Virus record (IMG/VR): IMGVR_UViG_3300032309_001546 | Coordinates: 32,001 to 96,000 of that record | DNA length: 64,000 nucleotides | From: a virus | Reading direction: 5' to 3' (one strand) | Part shown: piece by piece, positions 8,944-19,212 of the stretch | How positions within the stretch are numbered: the first letter of the stretch is position 1 | Layout: every line of letters starts with the position of its first letter | Position numbers and translations under genes: made by a program | The notes under the pieces: generated by a model | The model's database searches: none | The model's input: only the letters and a program-made list of their open reading frames with translations | What the model was told of the DNA's origin: nothing

Positions 8944-9846
8944 CTAGTCTACTAGTTTCTTGCAGATTTGTATTCCGAGCTCAGCTAATGGGCTGCGCTC
9001 AATCTCGATAAGCTCAATAAAGCTAGTAAGAGGACTTTGCTGATAGATGTCAAGTCCAATTGTCTGAAGCACTGGGCAAGGTTTGCCCTTGCGATTTTCC
9101 TTTTCATCAATCTGATCTGTGTCAGCCATAAGTATTAACTTACTCTTCTCACCTAGGCGAGTGATTAGAGTCTTGAACTGATGGATTTCAACGTTCTGTG
9201 CTTCATCGCAAATGACTAATGCATTTGTAAAGTCTTCACCGCGCATGTATTCCAAAGGAATGCACTCAATCTTTCCTTCCTCAAGCTTCTGCTCAAAGAT
9301 CTTTAGGTAGGTTTTACCCCAGATCTTAGCAAGAGCACGCTCATAGGAGCTGAAGACCGGTCTCATCTTGTCTATAATCGTACCTGGAACATCGCCAATT
9401 CTACCGCCACTGCTGGTGGTAGCCTGGGCTCTGCTCTTTGTCAAGATAATCTTGTCATATTTCTTTTCGTCAAGCATATTAATCGCCGCAACCATTGTCA
9501 CATAAGTCTTGCCAGAGCCAGCTCCACCAAAGACTGTAAGCATTGGAATGCTTTGATCATACAAAGATGAAAGTAAATATTTTTGCTCTAGATTCTTAGG
9601 AGCAAACTTCTTAACTGTAGGTAAATTAATATTGACTAATGCTTCGCCGTTCCATCTCTTAAGAGCGCTATAGCTACCATGTCTAAAGCACCAATAGCTA
9701 TTAACTGGTGGTGCAGACATCTCGAACCAAGGATCAAAATCAAGTTCATCAATAGTAACAGGGTCATCCGTGAACAGTGGACCTAGATCTGCAGAATATT
9801 CTACATCAATTATGGTCGGATGAAATACTTCCTTTGGTTCTTGCAT
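8944..9846 (-). CDS. phoH: PhoH-family ATPase
   Basis: GGAGSGKT, EYMRG, CDEAQN, TRLGE, DTDQID. Confidence 0.9.
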   Translation of the reverse strand: MQEPKEVFHPTIIDVEYSADLGPLFTDDPVTIDELDFDPWFEMSAPPVNSYWCFRHGSYSALKRWNGEALVNINLPTVKKFAPKNLEQKYLLSSLYDQSIPMLTVFGGAGSGKTYVTMVAAINMLDEKKYDKIILTKSRAQATTSSGGRIGDVPGTIIDKMRPVFSSYERALAKIWGKTYLKIFEQKLEEGKIECIPLEYMRGEDFTNALVICDEAQNVEIHQFKTLITRLGEKSKLILMADTDQIDEKENRKGKPCPVLQTIGLDIYQQSPLTSFIELIEIERSPLAELGIQICKKLVD

Positions 9847-9854
9847 TGGCTTCC

Positions 9855-11291
9855 TTACAAAAGTAGTTTGTTGTACCTCTCAAGAAACTCAGATTTAGCA
9901 AATTTTTTGTAATCACTAGGCAGTATTAGATAGAAGTTTTCAGGAATAAGTTCTTTTTGTATTTCAGGAATTATGCCGTCCGTAAAGCAAAGCACTGCAT
10001 CATATTTATATCTTCCGTTGTATTGGCCAATTATTTTTAACGCCGGATTCAAATCTGTGCAGCCACCGCCTTTCCATTCAATCGTCTCTGCAAAGTTCTT
10101 ATTTCTTGCCTTCTCTATGTCTCCTCTCACCTCGCTATCATTCATAACATAATGAACACTAGCATAACTTGCTAGCTTCCTTAAATAAGATACAAACTTT
10201 TCAGCAAGCTGAGTATCAATACTTCCAGAAGTGTCGAAAATACAAGCAATTAGAGGCTTGTCTGATTTCTTAGGACCAGGTAGGATTCCAGGCAAAACTA
10301 CGTTATAGCTTGCCCATGAGACACCTGTCTTGTATCTTTTGCCAGGTCGGTTTAGAGTCTTTAGAAAAAGAACAGCATCTCCTTCGTAAGGTTTTACCTC
10401 AATATTTTTACTGTCAAATTTATCTAATTTCTCGAATGAAAGAAACGGAGTAGTATTAATTTCAACAATTTTTGCAATTTGTTTTTCAATTGAACTAATT
10501 CTTTCATTTTGTTCTTCCTCGGAGATATCACTATCATCAAGGACCATGTCCATACTTAACTGATTTATTTCTTTTTGTTCTTGCTTTTCTATAAAGTCTT
10601 GATAATCGGGACTATTTTTTAGCCAGTTAAAGATTTCTTTAGCTGTAACATTATAGATTCCTTTTCTTAATCCATATTCTGCATGGAACAACTTACTGTT
10701 AGGATGTAAATAGTAAGCAGATAAATCAGGATGAGCAAAAGCAGCTTGCTCATCAATGCGGAAAGCATTGAAGAAAAACTTACCTTGTGCATTCTGCAAA
10801 GGATAATTTACAAAATCACTTGGATCATCTAGTTGAGTAAAAGATTCTACATATTCATAAAGTAACTCAGTATTAATTTTCATGTCCTGAGCAACATTCA
10901 TAAGATAGCGATCTTCAGCTGGGACCTTAAACATAGAAACAGGATGAGCATAAACAAAATGCTTTAGCTCATGTAGCAAGATAAAATAGAAAGTCTTATC
11001 ACTTAATCTGCTAATGTTATCTATGTTAAAGTATAAAGCATATTCTTTAGTACTAGGAGTCCAGGCGATACAAGCTATAAACTCAGGATTAAAACCTTGA
11101 CCTGTAGCTTCTTCTTTGGTTAAGAAGTATCTGTCTAGACAAATCAAGTACTCAGATAGATTAATAAATGTATAAGCAATTGCATATGGGATGTAATCAG
11201 TAATAGGACTGTCTTTGCCCTCCTTGATAGCAATCAAAGAGCGACAAAGATCAGTAATCTTATTAGCGTAAATCTTTTTTAAAGCATCCAT
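9855..11291 (-). CDS. HExxH metallopeptidase-like + VWA protein (DUF2201-like), copy 1
   Basis: LLHELKH, NVAQD..IN, DTSGS MIDAS, GGGCTD, FTDG. Confidence 0.8.
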   Translation of the reverse strand: MDALKKIYANKITDLCRSLIAIKEGKDSPITDYIPYAIAYTFINLSEYLICLDRYFLTKEEATGQGFNPEFIACIAWTPSTKEYALYFNIDNISRLSDKTFYFILLHELKHFVYAHPVSMFKVPAEDRYLMNVAQDMKINTELLYEYVESFTQLDDPSDFVNYPLQNAQGKFFFNAFRIDEQAAFAHPDLSAYYLHPNSKLFHAEYGLRKGIYNVTAKEIFNWLKNSPDYQDFIEKQEQKEINQLSMDMVLDDSDISEEEQNERISSIEKQIAKIVEINTTPFLSFEKLDKFDSKNIEVKPYEGDAVLFLKTLNRPGKRYKTGVSWASYNVVLPGILPGPKKSDKPLIACIFDTSGSIDTQLAEKFVSYLRKLASYASVHYVMNDSEVRGDIEKARNKNFAETIEWKGGGCTDLNPALKIIGQYNGRYKYDAVLCFTDGIIPEIQKELIPENFYLILPSDYKKFAKSEFLERYNKLLL

Positions 11292-12379
11292 TATTTCTTT
11301 ATATGAAGGCTAATCATTTCATAGAACTCGGGCACAAACTTCTTAGCATAATCTCTTAGATACTTAGTCTGATCAAGTTGTTCCTGTGACATATTAGGAA
11401 TTAGATTTCTATATGTAAAGTAGATGCCAACTAGCTCTGATCTAGAAACATCTGGAGTCTTTAGCCAAGCTTCAAGTTTACCATTATAGAAACTTGCATC
11501 TGCTAGCCAGTCTCTTCCATTTAGAATCTGGAACCATTTAAAGGCAAGATTTGCTTTAACTAATCCGGTAGCTAAGGCAATAATTGCTTCTCTTAGGTCG
11601 CCTGTGATGTTCTGATTATTATTATTAATCTTCCACCACATACACCAAGCAGCAAGCCTAGCAAGTATCTCTATGGTACGAGGACATGGGCTAACTTCCT
11701 TATCAACAGACCAGGTTCCGGTTAGTTGATTATTCTGAAATCCCTCTATTAGATCAGTACTATTATTAAGTATAAAGCTAAAAGCAGGATCTATATGACC
11801 TAACCTTGACTCAAGGAAGGAGTTGGTATCTAGTGCGTAGTGCACATGACTCCATCTAGCTTTCATTGCTTTATCAAGCGTGTCTGTATTGAATTCTCCA
11901 GTAGGTGGGTTACAAGCAGATAGTAAACGACTGACAGGAGGTAGTTTATACTCTCCAAGGCGACGTTCTGCGGTAATACTCATCATTGCATTTATACCTT
12001 CTTGCGTGCCGCGATTTAACTCGTCAGCAAACAGGACATATATACCACTGAGGCTAGCAGGAATCCAAGATGGCCTGGTCTTAGTATGAGTCATATACTG
12101 ATGATCAACAACTGGGATACCCCAGTCAGCTGTGTCAGTATGCGCAAGACGAAGATCATAAAAGGTCTGAGGACCTAACTTATTAATCTTAACACTAGCA
12201 AACTCACTATTACAGAACATAGGAACATCTGCTTTTATATCAGCAAAAAAGCTCCTAGTAGTCTGTTCAATGATTGTACTTTTACCAATACCACTGGCTC
12301 CCCAGACGCAGACAGGAATATCTGCGTCCAGGGAGATTCTAATAGCAAGCTCCAATTGCTTGTTATTAATTGTAGACAT
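11291..12379 (-). CDS. MoxR-like AAA+ ATPase, copy 1
   Basis: GASGIGKS, LFADELNR, ACNP, CPRT. Confidence 0.85.
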   Translation of the reverse strand: MSTINNKQLELAIRISLDADIPVCVWGASGIGKSTIIEQTTRSFFADIKADVPMFCNSEFASVKINKLGPQTFYDLRLAHTDTADWGIPVVDHQYMTHTKTRPSWIPASLSGIYVLFADELNRGTQEGINAMMSITAERRLGEYKLPPVSRLLSACNPPTGEFNTDTLDKAMKARWSHVHYALDTNSFLESRLGHIDPAFSFILNNSTDLIEGFQNNQLTGTWSVDKEVSPCPRTIEILARLAAWCMWWKINNNNQNITGDLREAIIALATGLVKANLAFKWFQILNGRDWLADASFYNGKLEAWLKTPDVSRSELVGIYFTYRNLIPNMSQEQLDQTKYLRDYAKKFVPEFYEMISLHIKK

Positions 12380-12381
12380 TT

Positions 12382-13518
12382 TTACTCCTTGTCCGGTGCT
12401 TCCTCAGCGAAAGAAATCTTGCGCTTACGAGACAACGGATATCTGGCATCAAAATGCGCCACACCTAATAGATCACAAAGAGAAGCTCTTGCTCCTGCAT
12501 CGCTTCTAAGGTTTTCAGAAAGATTATTTCTACCTTGAACCTTAAGGCCAATTGCAGGAATCTGTAGCCATGCACCAGCAGCAACGATATGCTTCTGAGC
12601 TAGACCCATAGTAATAAGCGAGTCAACTCGGTCAAGGCCGATACCCCACTTAATGCTAATCTCTACCTCATCCTCAGCACGAGCTGCGCCCTGAGCCTTA
12701 ACAATCTGGACCTTTCTAAGATTCTCTTTGCCATCACCAGGGATAGGAAGAATCTTAAGACGAAGTCTAGCATAATAGCGAATAGCACGACCACCTGTAG
12801 TGATAGTACCACGCGCACCCATTGGAGTAATATTAACTCTCATCTGGTTACTCGTAATAAACGTACAGTCATAGGCCTTATAAGCAGTAGCAAGACGGCC
12901 TAGGACCTTCGAGCTAAGCAAAGCATGCCAACCGATTGCACCATCACCAGCTTCTGCATTAGTATCAGCACTAGCAGGAGGACTAATAGCAGCCCAGCTA
13001 TCTAGAGCAACACATGAAAACATGCCACTGCGAACAAGCTGATCTAGTAACGTAAGAGCTTGCTTGCCATTTTGAGGAAGACTATAAACAAAGCGCTCTT
13101 CGTCTACAGGAACACCAAGGTGTCTTGCATACTCTGAGTCAAAGTTACCTTCCATATCAATGAAAGCAATGCCACGGTCAGGAAAAGTTCTAGCAAAACT
13201 AGCTAGAGCTTCGTACATTAACGTAGTCTTACCAGATGATTCCTCACCAGCAATCTCAATAAAAGTACCACGTGGCCAGCCGGCATTATCACCAAAGCCA
13301 CCAAGTAGACTGTCTAAACAGGGATCACCTGTTGCAACAAAGCTAAATACAGGAAGACTATCTTTGCCAGTGACAAGGATAAGATCTTCGCCGTATTGCT
13401 TTAGCTTACTCATCTTGAATGCATTAAATGTCTTTGCATTCCATGTGCTGGCTCCAGGAGTACTAAAGTTATCTTCATGCTCCCAGTCGCCGTTCACTCC
13501 ATTCATTTCTTCTGACAT
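12382..13518 (-). CDS. recA: RecA/UvsX recombinase
   Basis: GEESSGKTT, FIDME, LDS, NQMR, TTGGRAIRYYA. Confidence 0.92.
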   Translation of the reverse strand: MSEEMNGVNGDWEHEDNFSTPGASTWNAKTFNAFKMSKLKQYGEDLILVTGKDSLPVFSFVATGDPCLDSLLGGFGDNAGWPRGTFIEIAGEESSGKTTLMYEALASFARTFPDRGIAFIDMEGNFDSEYARHLGVPVDEERFVYSLPQNGKQALTLLDQLVRSGMFSCVALDSWAAISPPASADTNAEAGDGAIGWHALLSSKVLGRLATAYKAYDCTFITSNQMRVNITPMGARGTITTGGRAIRYYARLRLKILPIPGDGKENLRKVQIVKAQGAARAEDEVEISIKWGIGLDRVDSLITMGLAQKHIVAAGAWLQIPAIGLKVQGRNNLSENLRSDAGARASLCDLLGVAHFDARYPLSRKRKISFAEEAPDKE

Positions 13519-13544
13519 ATAAACCTCATAGTTGTATTGTTTAA

Positions 13545-13743
13545 TTAGCCCTGCGAATAGAACAAGTCCTTCAGGTCTTCTTTGGTATACTTACGACCGT
13601 TCAAGGAAAGACTTCCTTTCCCGGCCATAAATAGTTTAAGCTTTTCTTCTTGAGGAGCAGTAAGTTCTAGTGCAAAGATATCTTTAAGAAGTCTTAAGAG
13701 ATCTTGCGAATCTGTCTTAACTTTAGGATCTGAATTTTCCATA
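13545..13743 (-). CDS. hypothetical protein
   Basis: Start MENSDPK with AAGGA RBS immediately after nrdJ stop. Confidence 0.6.
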
Positions 13744-13749
13744 GGTTCC

Positions 13750-15681
13750 TTATTTAACAGGACAGAATCCGCCTTCACAATCACTAGAGTCAACACTCGC
13801 ATCAAATGAAATACCATTGATTAGCTTAGTTGTTCTAACCAGTTCATTATAGACATCTTCTGTGATTTCTTCAAGAGGAGCTTGCTTGAAACCATGTTCA
13901 GAATGCAATAAGAATGAAAGGCTTTTGTGGTTTAAGGTATAGTTCTCACGAAGGTATTCCTTAACCTGCTCAAGCTCTTCCTTTCTATAATAAATAGTGC
14001 AAGATACACTATTGTCAGACCAGTCTTCCTGAAGTCTCTTGACTACAGCAAGCTGATCAAGGGCTGTCATATCCTTAGCTAGAAGTGTTCCTTCAGGATA
14101 GGCAAATGGAAACTCAGCTACCATAGTTGAATAGTCAAGGCTACCATCAAAGTTTTCTTGATACTCAATCTTATAGTTGTGTGAACGTACCACTTCAATC
14201 AGTGGATGATTAGCAGCAATACGAATACGACGAATAAGATGTCTAGCATATGCAGGATGTGCACCCGGTGTAACACCAGGAAGCAAACTAAGTGTACCGC
14301 TAGGCTTTACGGTAGTAAGTTTAACGCTAACAGGGAATCCCTTTGCAGCGCTATACTCAACATCGTAAGCACGAAGCTCACCATAGACATCTTTAAGCCA
14401 AGACTTTTGTTCATCTGTGGCTTGCAGATAACCAGTTATACCAATACCCATACGCATATGCTTATTGACAATCTCTTCGGTCTCCGAATGATGGCAATGT
14501 AAAGCCAAGCTATGCTTATTAATACGGTAAAGTAGTTTACATACATCAGCCAATTCGGCCGCACTTGTTATATTGGGAAGGAATACTTCTGCAAGACAGC
14601 AAGTCTCAAAGTTAGCAAGGCTCTGTTCTGCACAAGGGTTGTAACCCATGACAGCAGGATCAGGATACTCTGTCTCGCCAAGGCGACCCATAGCACGTGA
14701 AAGCTTAAGGTTGATTAGACCATAAGGCTCTCCTTTGCCTTCGTAACCATCCCAGAACATATCAGGAAGATCATTGATATCGTCACAAGCTACACTATTA
14801 TTGGACATTGCACGCCAGCTGGGAATTGTCCCAAGGTCCCAACGCTTAGCAAGTAGGAACTCAATATCGTCACAGTCTCCAATGGCGATCTGTGCGCTAC
14901 GTCGTACGTTACCAGCTACTACGATGCTGCCAATAATGTTCATGATATCTAGACAATCAACACTGCGTAATTGCTTACCAGCGCGCTTCTCTAGGACCTT
15001 ACCAATATTAGCTATACCTTCACATAGAATCTCAGGACCGCTAGCTACGCCACCAAAGCCTTTGATTGGCGCGCCCTTACCACGGATTAGCTGAGTGCTA
15101 AATGTAAATGTATTCTTCTTGTCTGCAAGGAATGCAGCCTTAAGAGTCTTAGCTAATAGTGCAACCCAACCTTCTCTTGTATCGGACACAATAAAGTCAG
15201 AGTCCCCCTGGTCTCTGCGGGTTGGGCTCTTAAAGTTCTTACGAACCTTAGGAATCTTGTTAATATGCTCACGCTGAATATTGTAGCCAACGCCACAACC
15301 AAGCATAAGCATATCCATTGTCCAAGTAAATGGACGAACGGGATTATCAACAACGGTAAAAGCACAGTTCTGAAGACTTGGAAGACCCAAGTCCTTAACA
15401 GTCCTAGTGCCTAGCTGCCACAGAAAGCGGCCAGCAACGGTACCCTTAAGCTCAAGCATATACTGCCTAAGTCGGGCACGCTCATCAGGCGTAAAGCCTA
15501 CCTTAAGCTGCTTATCACTGGCATTAAGAACACGTTCTACAGTGTCAGTCCATTCCTCGGTCGGACCATTAAGATCAGACTCACTAAGTCGTCTTGCATA
15601 GGTTCTCTTATAGGTAAGATAGCCTACAGTACTCCAGGGCGTTACTACATCTTGTAGCGAAAAATTATTAATATCTGTCAT
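13750..15681 (-). CDS. nrdJ: class II (adenosylcobalamin) ribonucleotide reductase
   Basis: RTYAR, AGRFLW, NCAF, GNVRRSA, NPCAEQ, TTVKPSGT, C-terminal CEGGFCP. Confidence 0.93.
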   Translation of the reverse strand: MTDINNFSLQDVVTPWSTVGYLTYKRTYARRLSESDLNGPTEEWTDTVERVLNASDKQLKVGFTPDERARLRQYMLELKGTVAGRFLWQLGTRTVKDLGLPSLQNCAFTVVDNPVRPFTWTMDMLMLGCGVGYNIQREHINKIPKVRKNFKSPTRRDQGDSDFIVSDTREGWVALLAKTLKAAFLADKKNTFTFSTQLIRGKGAPIKGFGGVASGPEILCEGIANIGKVLEKRAGKQLRSVDCLDIMNIIGSIVVAGNVRRSAQIAIGDCDDIEFLLAKRWDLGTIPSWRAMSNNSVACDDINDLPDMFWDGYEGKGEPYGLINLKLSRAMGRLGETEYPDPAVMGYNPCAEQSLANFETCCLAEVFLPNITSAAELADVCKLLYRINKHSLALHCHHSETEEIVNKHMRMGIGITGYLQATDEQKSWLKDVYGELRAYDVEYSAAKGFPVSVKLTTVKPSGTLSLLPGVTPGAHPAYARHLIRRIRIAANHPLIEVVRSHNYKIEYQENFDGSLDYSTMVAEFPFAYPEGTLLAKDMTALDQLAVVKRLQEDWSDNSVSCTIYYRKEELEQVKEYLRENYTLNHKSLSFLLHSEHGFKQAPLEEITEDVYNELVRTTKLINGISFDASVDSSDCEGGFCPVK

Positions 15682-15732
15682 TTTAAACTCTCTTAAAATA
15701 ATAAGAAATAGAAAGGGGTAAGGAATATCTTA

Positions 15733-16248
15733 TCACTGAGTTTCAAAACCCTCAGAACCTTTTCCAAATGCTTTTAACTCGCTATTAACAGAGTAAGCAA
15801 CACTTTCTAGAACTCGTCTCATACCTATAAGTTGACCCTGAATTCTTTCAAAAAAATCTACTAGGAATGTATGTAATACTTCCTTTGTATTATCATCATC
15901 GAACTCTACATCAAGACTCGCCTGTAGTTGATCTACAGTAAACTTAGGATTGTCTTTCTTAAGTTCTAAAAGCTTTGCAGCTTTACGAGACTTGATTGCA
16001 GAGTGATGAAGATCTCTGGCCAGAACGGCTTGACTGTGCTTGTGATTTACATCACTAAGTAAGTCTGCAATACGTCTAAATTGCTTATAGACGTCCTTAA
16101 CAGTCATATCATCGGGCAAACTTACCCGATAATACTCAGCCCATTCTGTCAGAGTCTTCTTGTTGAAAGAAATAGTATTGACTAGGTTGATATCAGTTAC
16201 GCAGCTTTTCTTTGCAGACTCAACTTTATCTTTATCTATTTCCATCAT
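15733..16248 (-). CDS. hypothetical helical protein (possibly UvsY-like mediator)
   Basis: Coiled-coil character and context only. Confidence 0.55.
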   Translation of the reverse strand: MMEIDKDKVESAKKSCVTDINLVNTISFNKKTLTEWAEYYRVSLPDDMTVKDVYKQFRRIADLLSDVNHKHSQAVLARDLHHSAIKSRKAAKLLELKKDNPKFTVDQLQASLDVEFDDDNTKEVLHTFLVDFFERIQGQLIGMRRVLESVAYSVNSELKAFGKGSEGFETQ

Positions 16249-16255
16249 CTACTCC

Positions 16256-16675
16256 TTAGTCAGTTTCCCACTCGTCTGAGGTGCTAGCCTTGGGCGCAAC
16301 CTTACCAGGTGCGGGCTTCTTCGCAAGATATGCGTCAGGAACACTGCTCTTCGTAGCTGGCTTACCTGCAGCAGGCTTAGCAGCTGACGATGGCGAGCGA
16401 GTCGAACCGCCCGTCTGGCTCTCATACTCATCGACAAGCGCCTGCTTGATGTCAGCAAGGAATTGACCGCTCTCCTTAGGAGCAATAATCGTATCTTCAT
16501 ATGCCTCACCGCGCTTAGCGCTTGGAGCACCAGCAAATAAGCCGTTCTTTCCGTTGACTACCTTCCATCCCTTAAGGATAAGTTCGCCATCATCAGTTAC
16601 AAGGGTTACGTCACCCATAGCGACAACAGGACCAGTAGGATTACTAAGGGGGTTTACACGAACTCTAATTTCCAT
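16256..16675 (-). CDS. spoVG: SpoVG-family nucleic-acid-binding protein with Ala/Lys/Pro linker and acidic tail
   Basis: VAMGDVTL..LKGWKVVNGKNGLFAGAPS..YEDTIIAP. Confidence 0.8.
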   Translation of the reverse strand: MEIRVRVNPLSNPTGPVVAMGDVTLVTDDGELILKGWKVVNGKNGLFAGAPSAKRGEAYEDTIIAPKESGQFLADIKQALVDEYESQTGGSTRSPSSAAKPAAGKPATKSSVPDAYLAKKPAPGKVAPKASTSDEWETD

Positions 16676-16817
16676 AATTTACCTCTTTGGTTTTGCCAAG
16701 CTTTCGTTCATTGTGCCTGGCGAGCAAGTTAAGGCCAATCTCAAAAATGATTGGCGCTACAATTGAAATAGTTTTTTTAATAGTGTATTGATTTCTTATT
16801 AAATAAGAATACATGTG

Positions 16818-17195
16818 TTACTGTACAGGCTCTTCAGCACTTGTGTTTTTGAACGGCATAGTAATTTCGACTGTGTCGTCCGGACCTGGCTCTGCAAATG
16901 CAAGATCCTTAGCTCCAAAATTATAACCAAGCTGAAATGTAACAAAAAGTAGAATGCCTAATGCATTGACTGACTTCTCATTGCCTAGCGTTGCGAGAGC
17001 TGTAATGAAAGGATCTTCCTTGTCCATTAGAATATCTAAGAACTCTGATATGACAAGTTTGCCTTTTGAATTCTCAATCATATTCTCTTCAGTGATAAGC
17101 TTAAGAAGCTTGTCTATTACATTCTGAAGATTTGTTTCATCTCCGGCTTTATCGAGTAGTTTGAGGCCAGGATTCTTTTCGGGTTGTTGCTGCAT
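16818..17195 (-). CDS. hypothetical protein
   Basis: ORF in co-oriented operon. Confidence 0.7.
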   Translation of the reverse strand: MQQQPEKNPGLKLLDKAGDETNLQNVIDKLLKLITEENMIENSKGKLVISEFLDILMDKEDPFITALATLGNEKSVNALGILLFVTFQLGYNFGAKDLAFAEPGPDDTVEITMPFKNTSAEEPVQ

Positions 17196-17197
17196 TG

Positions 17198-17746
17198 CTA
17201 TCCTTCGGGTAAATAAGTTATAAATAAGTTGCCATTAGAATGGTTAAAATTATAAGGAATGCCATGTTGGTCCACAGGTTTCATCCCCATTGCTTGAAAG
17301 AAATAGGGATTGTAACCATATGGATCTTTGAATCTACTTAAGTGGTTGCGAAGCTCTCCAGCTACATATGGACTGTTAGTATAGATCCTAAGTTTTGTTC
17401 CTGTCATTAAGCTATTGAATCCTAAGCCCCTAGTATACTGTTTAAGTGCAAGACTTGCAAGTAAAAAAGTAGTCTTAGTGTAAATGTCATAGCCCTCAGG
17501 AAGCAACTCTTCATATTTATAGACAAAGAAATCTGTTTTGTCCATATCTATATTTGGACCTTCGGTGGATCCATATCTATAAATAACCATCTTCTCTGTG
17601 TCATCAAAGAATAGGCCAATATGAGTCCACAAGCCAGATCTATATGGGAAGCCAGGTATCGGATTGAAGCCATATCCAAAAGAAAAGGCTATAGTCCAGA
17701 TATAAGTTCGAATTTTATCTAATACTTTATAATAAAAATTCTTCAT
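17198..17746 (-). CDS. hypothetical protein
   Basis: ORF in co-oriented operon. Confidence 0.65.
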   Translation of the reverse strand: MKNFYYKVLDKIRTYIWTIAFSFGYGFNPIPGFPYRSGLWTHIGLFFDDTEKMVIYRYGSTEGPNIDMDKTDFFVYKYEELLPEGYDIYTKTTFLLASLALKQYTRGLGFNSLMTGTKLRIYTNSPYVAGELRNHLSRFKDPYGYNPYFFQAMGMKPVDQHGIPYNFNHSNGNLFITYLPEG

Positions 17747-17754
17747 AGTAGATC

Positions 17755-18282
17755 TTACTTCTTAGGATCTCTTTCGCGCTGTAGATCAAGATGTAGGCCA
17801 GTCATATAGATGCTAGCAGTCCGGCATAGATTGATAAAGATATCCATCTCTCCTGATGTCATTGACGTAGAGATACTATCACCAGCCTCATTGCGCATCG
17901 TAAGCATGTAAGTACCTAGATACTTATCTACGCCACTCTGGAATGTAAGCTTCTTGACATTATCCTCGCTTGCGCCAGGCGGAACGTGAATAAGGTTTAG
18001 AGTTTGACGTTGTGATGTGTCAACCCAGCCATTCATTACACCGTTGTAAAAGCTAAGGATCTGGTAGATATCGTTAATGCCTACGGCAAAAACAATCTTA
18101 TTACCCCAATCAAAGGTGTTATGGCCACCTTCGTTCTTGCCACCAGTTGCACGGGCAAACTGGAGATACACTGCGCCTTCCTTTTCTACTTGCTTACCGT
18201 AGTCACTATCTTTAGTGGTTACTGGAATGTAAGAGATCTGGAGTGCGCTACTTTTCTTGACAATCTGAAATTGCTTTGACAT
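17755..18282 (-). CDS. Whirly-like ssDNA-binding protein
   Basis: KKSSAL, EGAVYLQFA, FDWGNKIVF, LIHVP, SGEM..YMTGL follow plant Whirly motifs in order. Confidence 0.7.
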   Translation of the reverse strand: MSKQFQIVKKSSALQISYIPVTTKDSDYGKQVEKEGAVYLQFARATGGKNEGGHNTFDWGNKIVFAVGINDIYQILSFYNGVMNGWVDTSQRQTLNLIHVPPGASEDNVKKLTFQSGVDKYLGTYMLTMRNEAGDSISTSMTSGEMDIFINLCRTASIYMTGLHLDLQRERDPKK

Positions 18283-18316
18283 TTTTCCTCTTTTGTTCTA
18301 ATTATTTCCTACAATA

Positions 18317-18784
18317 TTAAATAATAAAATCTTCCCAGATATCAAAACCTGGTTCTTGGACTTGCAACTTCCAATTAAATTTCTCGACCAAACGACTAAG
18401 ATAAAAACAAACAGTATTTTCATCTTCAAACAGATCTACTGATCTAAGAGTGATTTGCTCAGTATAAACTAGATCTTTGTCTTTTGCAAGAGGATCGCTT
18501 TTATAAGTCACACTAAACAACTCCTTATTCAAAGTAGTATTGAATATAGAGTACGGTTGTAGATCAATCAAAGTTTTAAAATCTTCAGACAGAACATTAA
18601 AAACTCCTTTGTTGTAACAAGAAAGTTTGAATGTATCTTTATCTAATCGATCCCAAACAAGACTAAATCCAACGCCCTTATAATCGTCTTCTTCTTTGAT
18701 GACGAAGGGCTTTGGATGGTCTTGCATTACTCTTATGCTATTTAATTCAAAAGACTCTTTTGAAGCGGCAAATCTTTGAGGCAT
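18317..18784 (-). CDS. hypothetical protein
   Basis: ORF in co-oriented operon. Confidence 0.65.
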   Translation of the reverse strand: MPQRFAASKESFELNSIRVMQDHPKPFVIKEEDDYKGVGFSLVWDRLDKDTFKLSCYNKGVFNVLSEDFKTLIDLQPYSIFNTTLNKELFSVTYKSDPLAKDKDLVYTEQITLRSVDLFEDENTVCFYLSRLVEKFNWKLQVQEPGFDIWEDFII

Positions 18785-19212
18785 TTAATTTTCCGGGGTT
18801 TAGGTGGTAATCTTTTGCTCTTTGGGACAAGAGCTTCAGGGTTAAGCAAGTTAATATTTTTACCAGAAATTAATGTATAAAAATTATTAATATTCTCTTT
18901 ATAAACAACATGGGCAAGCCATAGTCTCATCATGTCTGGTTCTTCTGCTATTACTTGCAAAGCATCTTCTTCACTATTTAGTTCATTGATCATGTCAGTT
19001 ATGAATACAAGTTTAGGATCAAGTTGTCTAATCATGTATTTGTTTTCTTCAATTTGCTCTTCGACGGAAAGTTTCTCGCCTTGGGGCATAGTAAATTCAG
19101 GAATCTTAGTCTGAGACTCAGGATTTACAATTGCAAGTTCCCGGGTCTCAGGTTGTATAAGCTCTTCAGTCTTATTAAAGAATTTATTAAAAGTTCTACT
19201 AATGATCCCCAT
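18742..19212 (-). CDS. hypothetical protein
   Basis: Probable start MGIISR overlapping thyX stop. Confidence 0.65.
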   Translation of the reverse strand: MGIISRTFNKFFNKTEELIQPETRELAIVNPESQTKIPEFTMPQGEKLSVEEQIEENKYMIRQLDPKLVFITDMINELNSEEDALQVIAEEPDMMRLWLAHVVYKENINNFYTLISGKNINLLNPEALVPKSKRLPPKPRKIKCLKDLPLQKSLLN

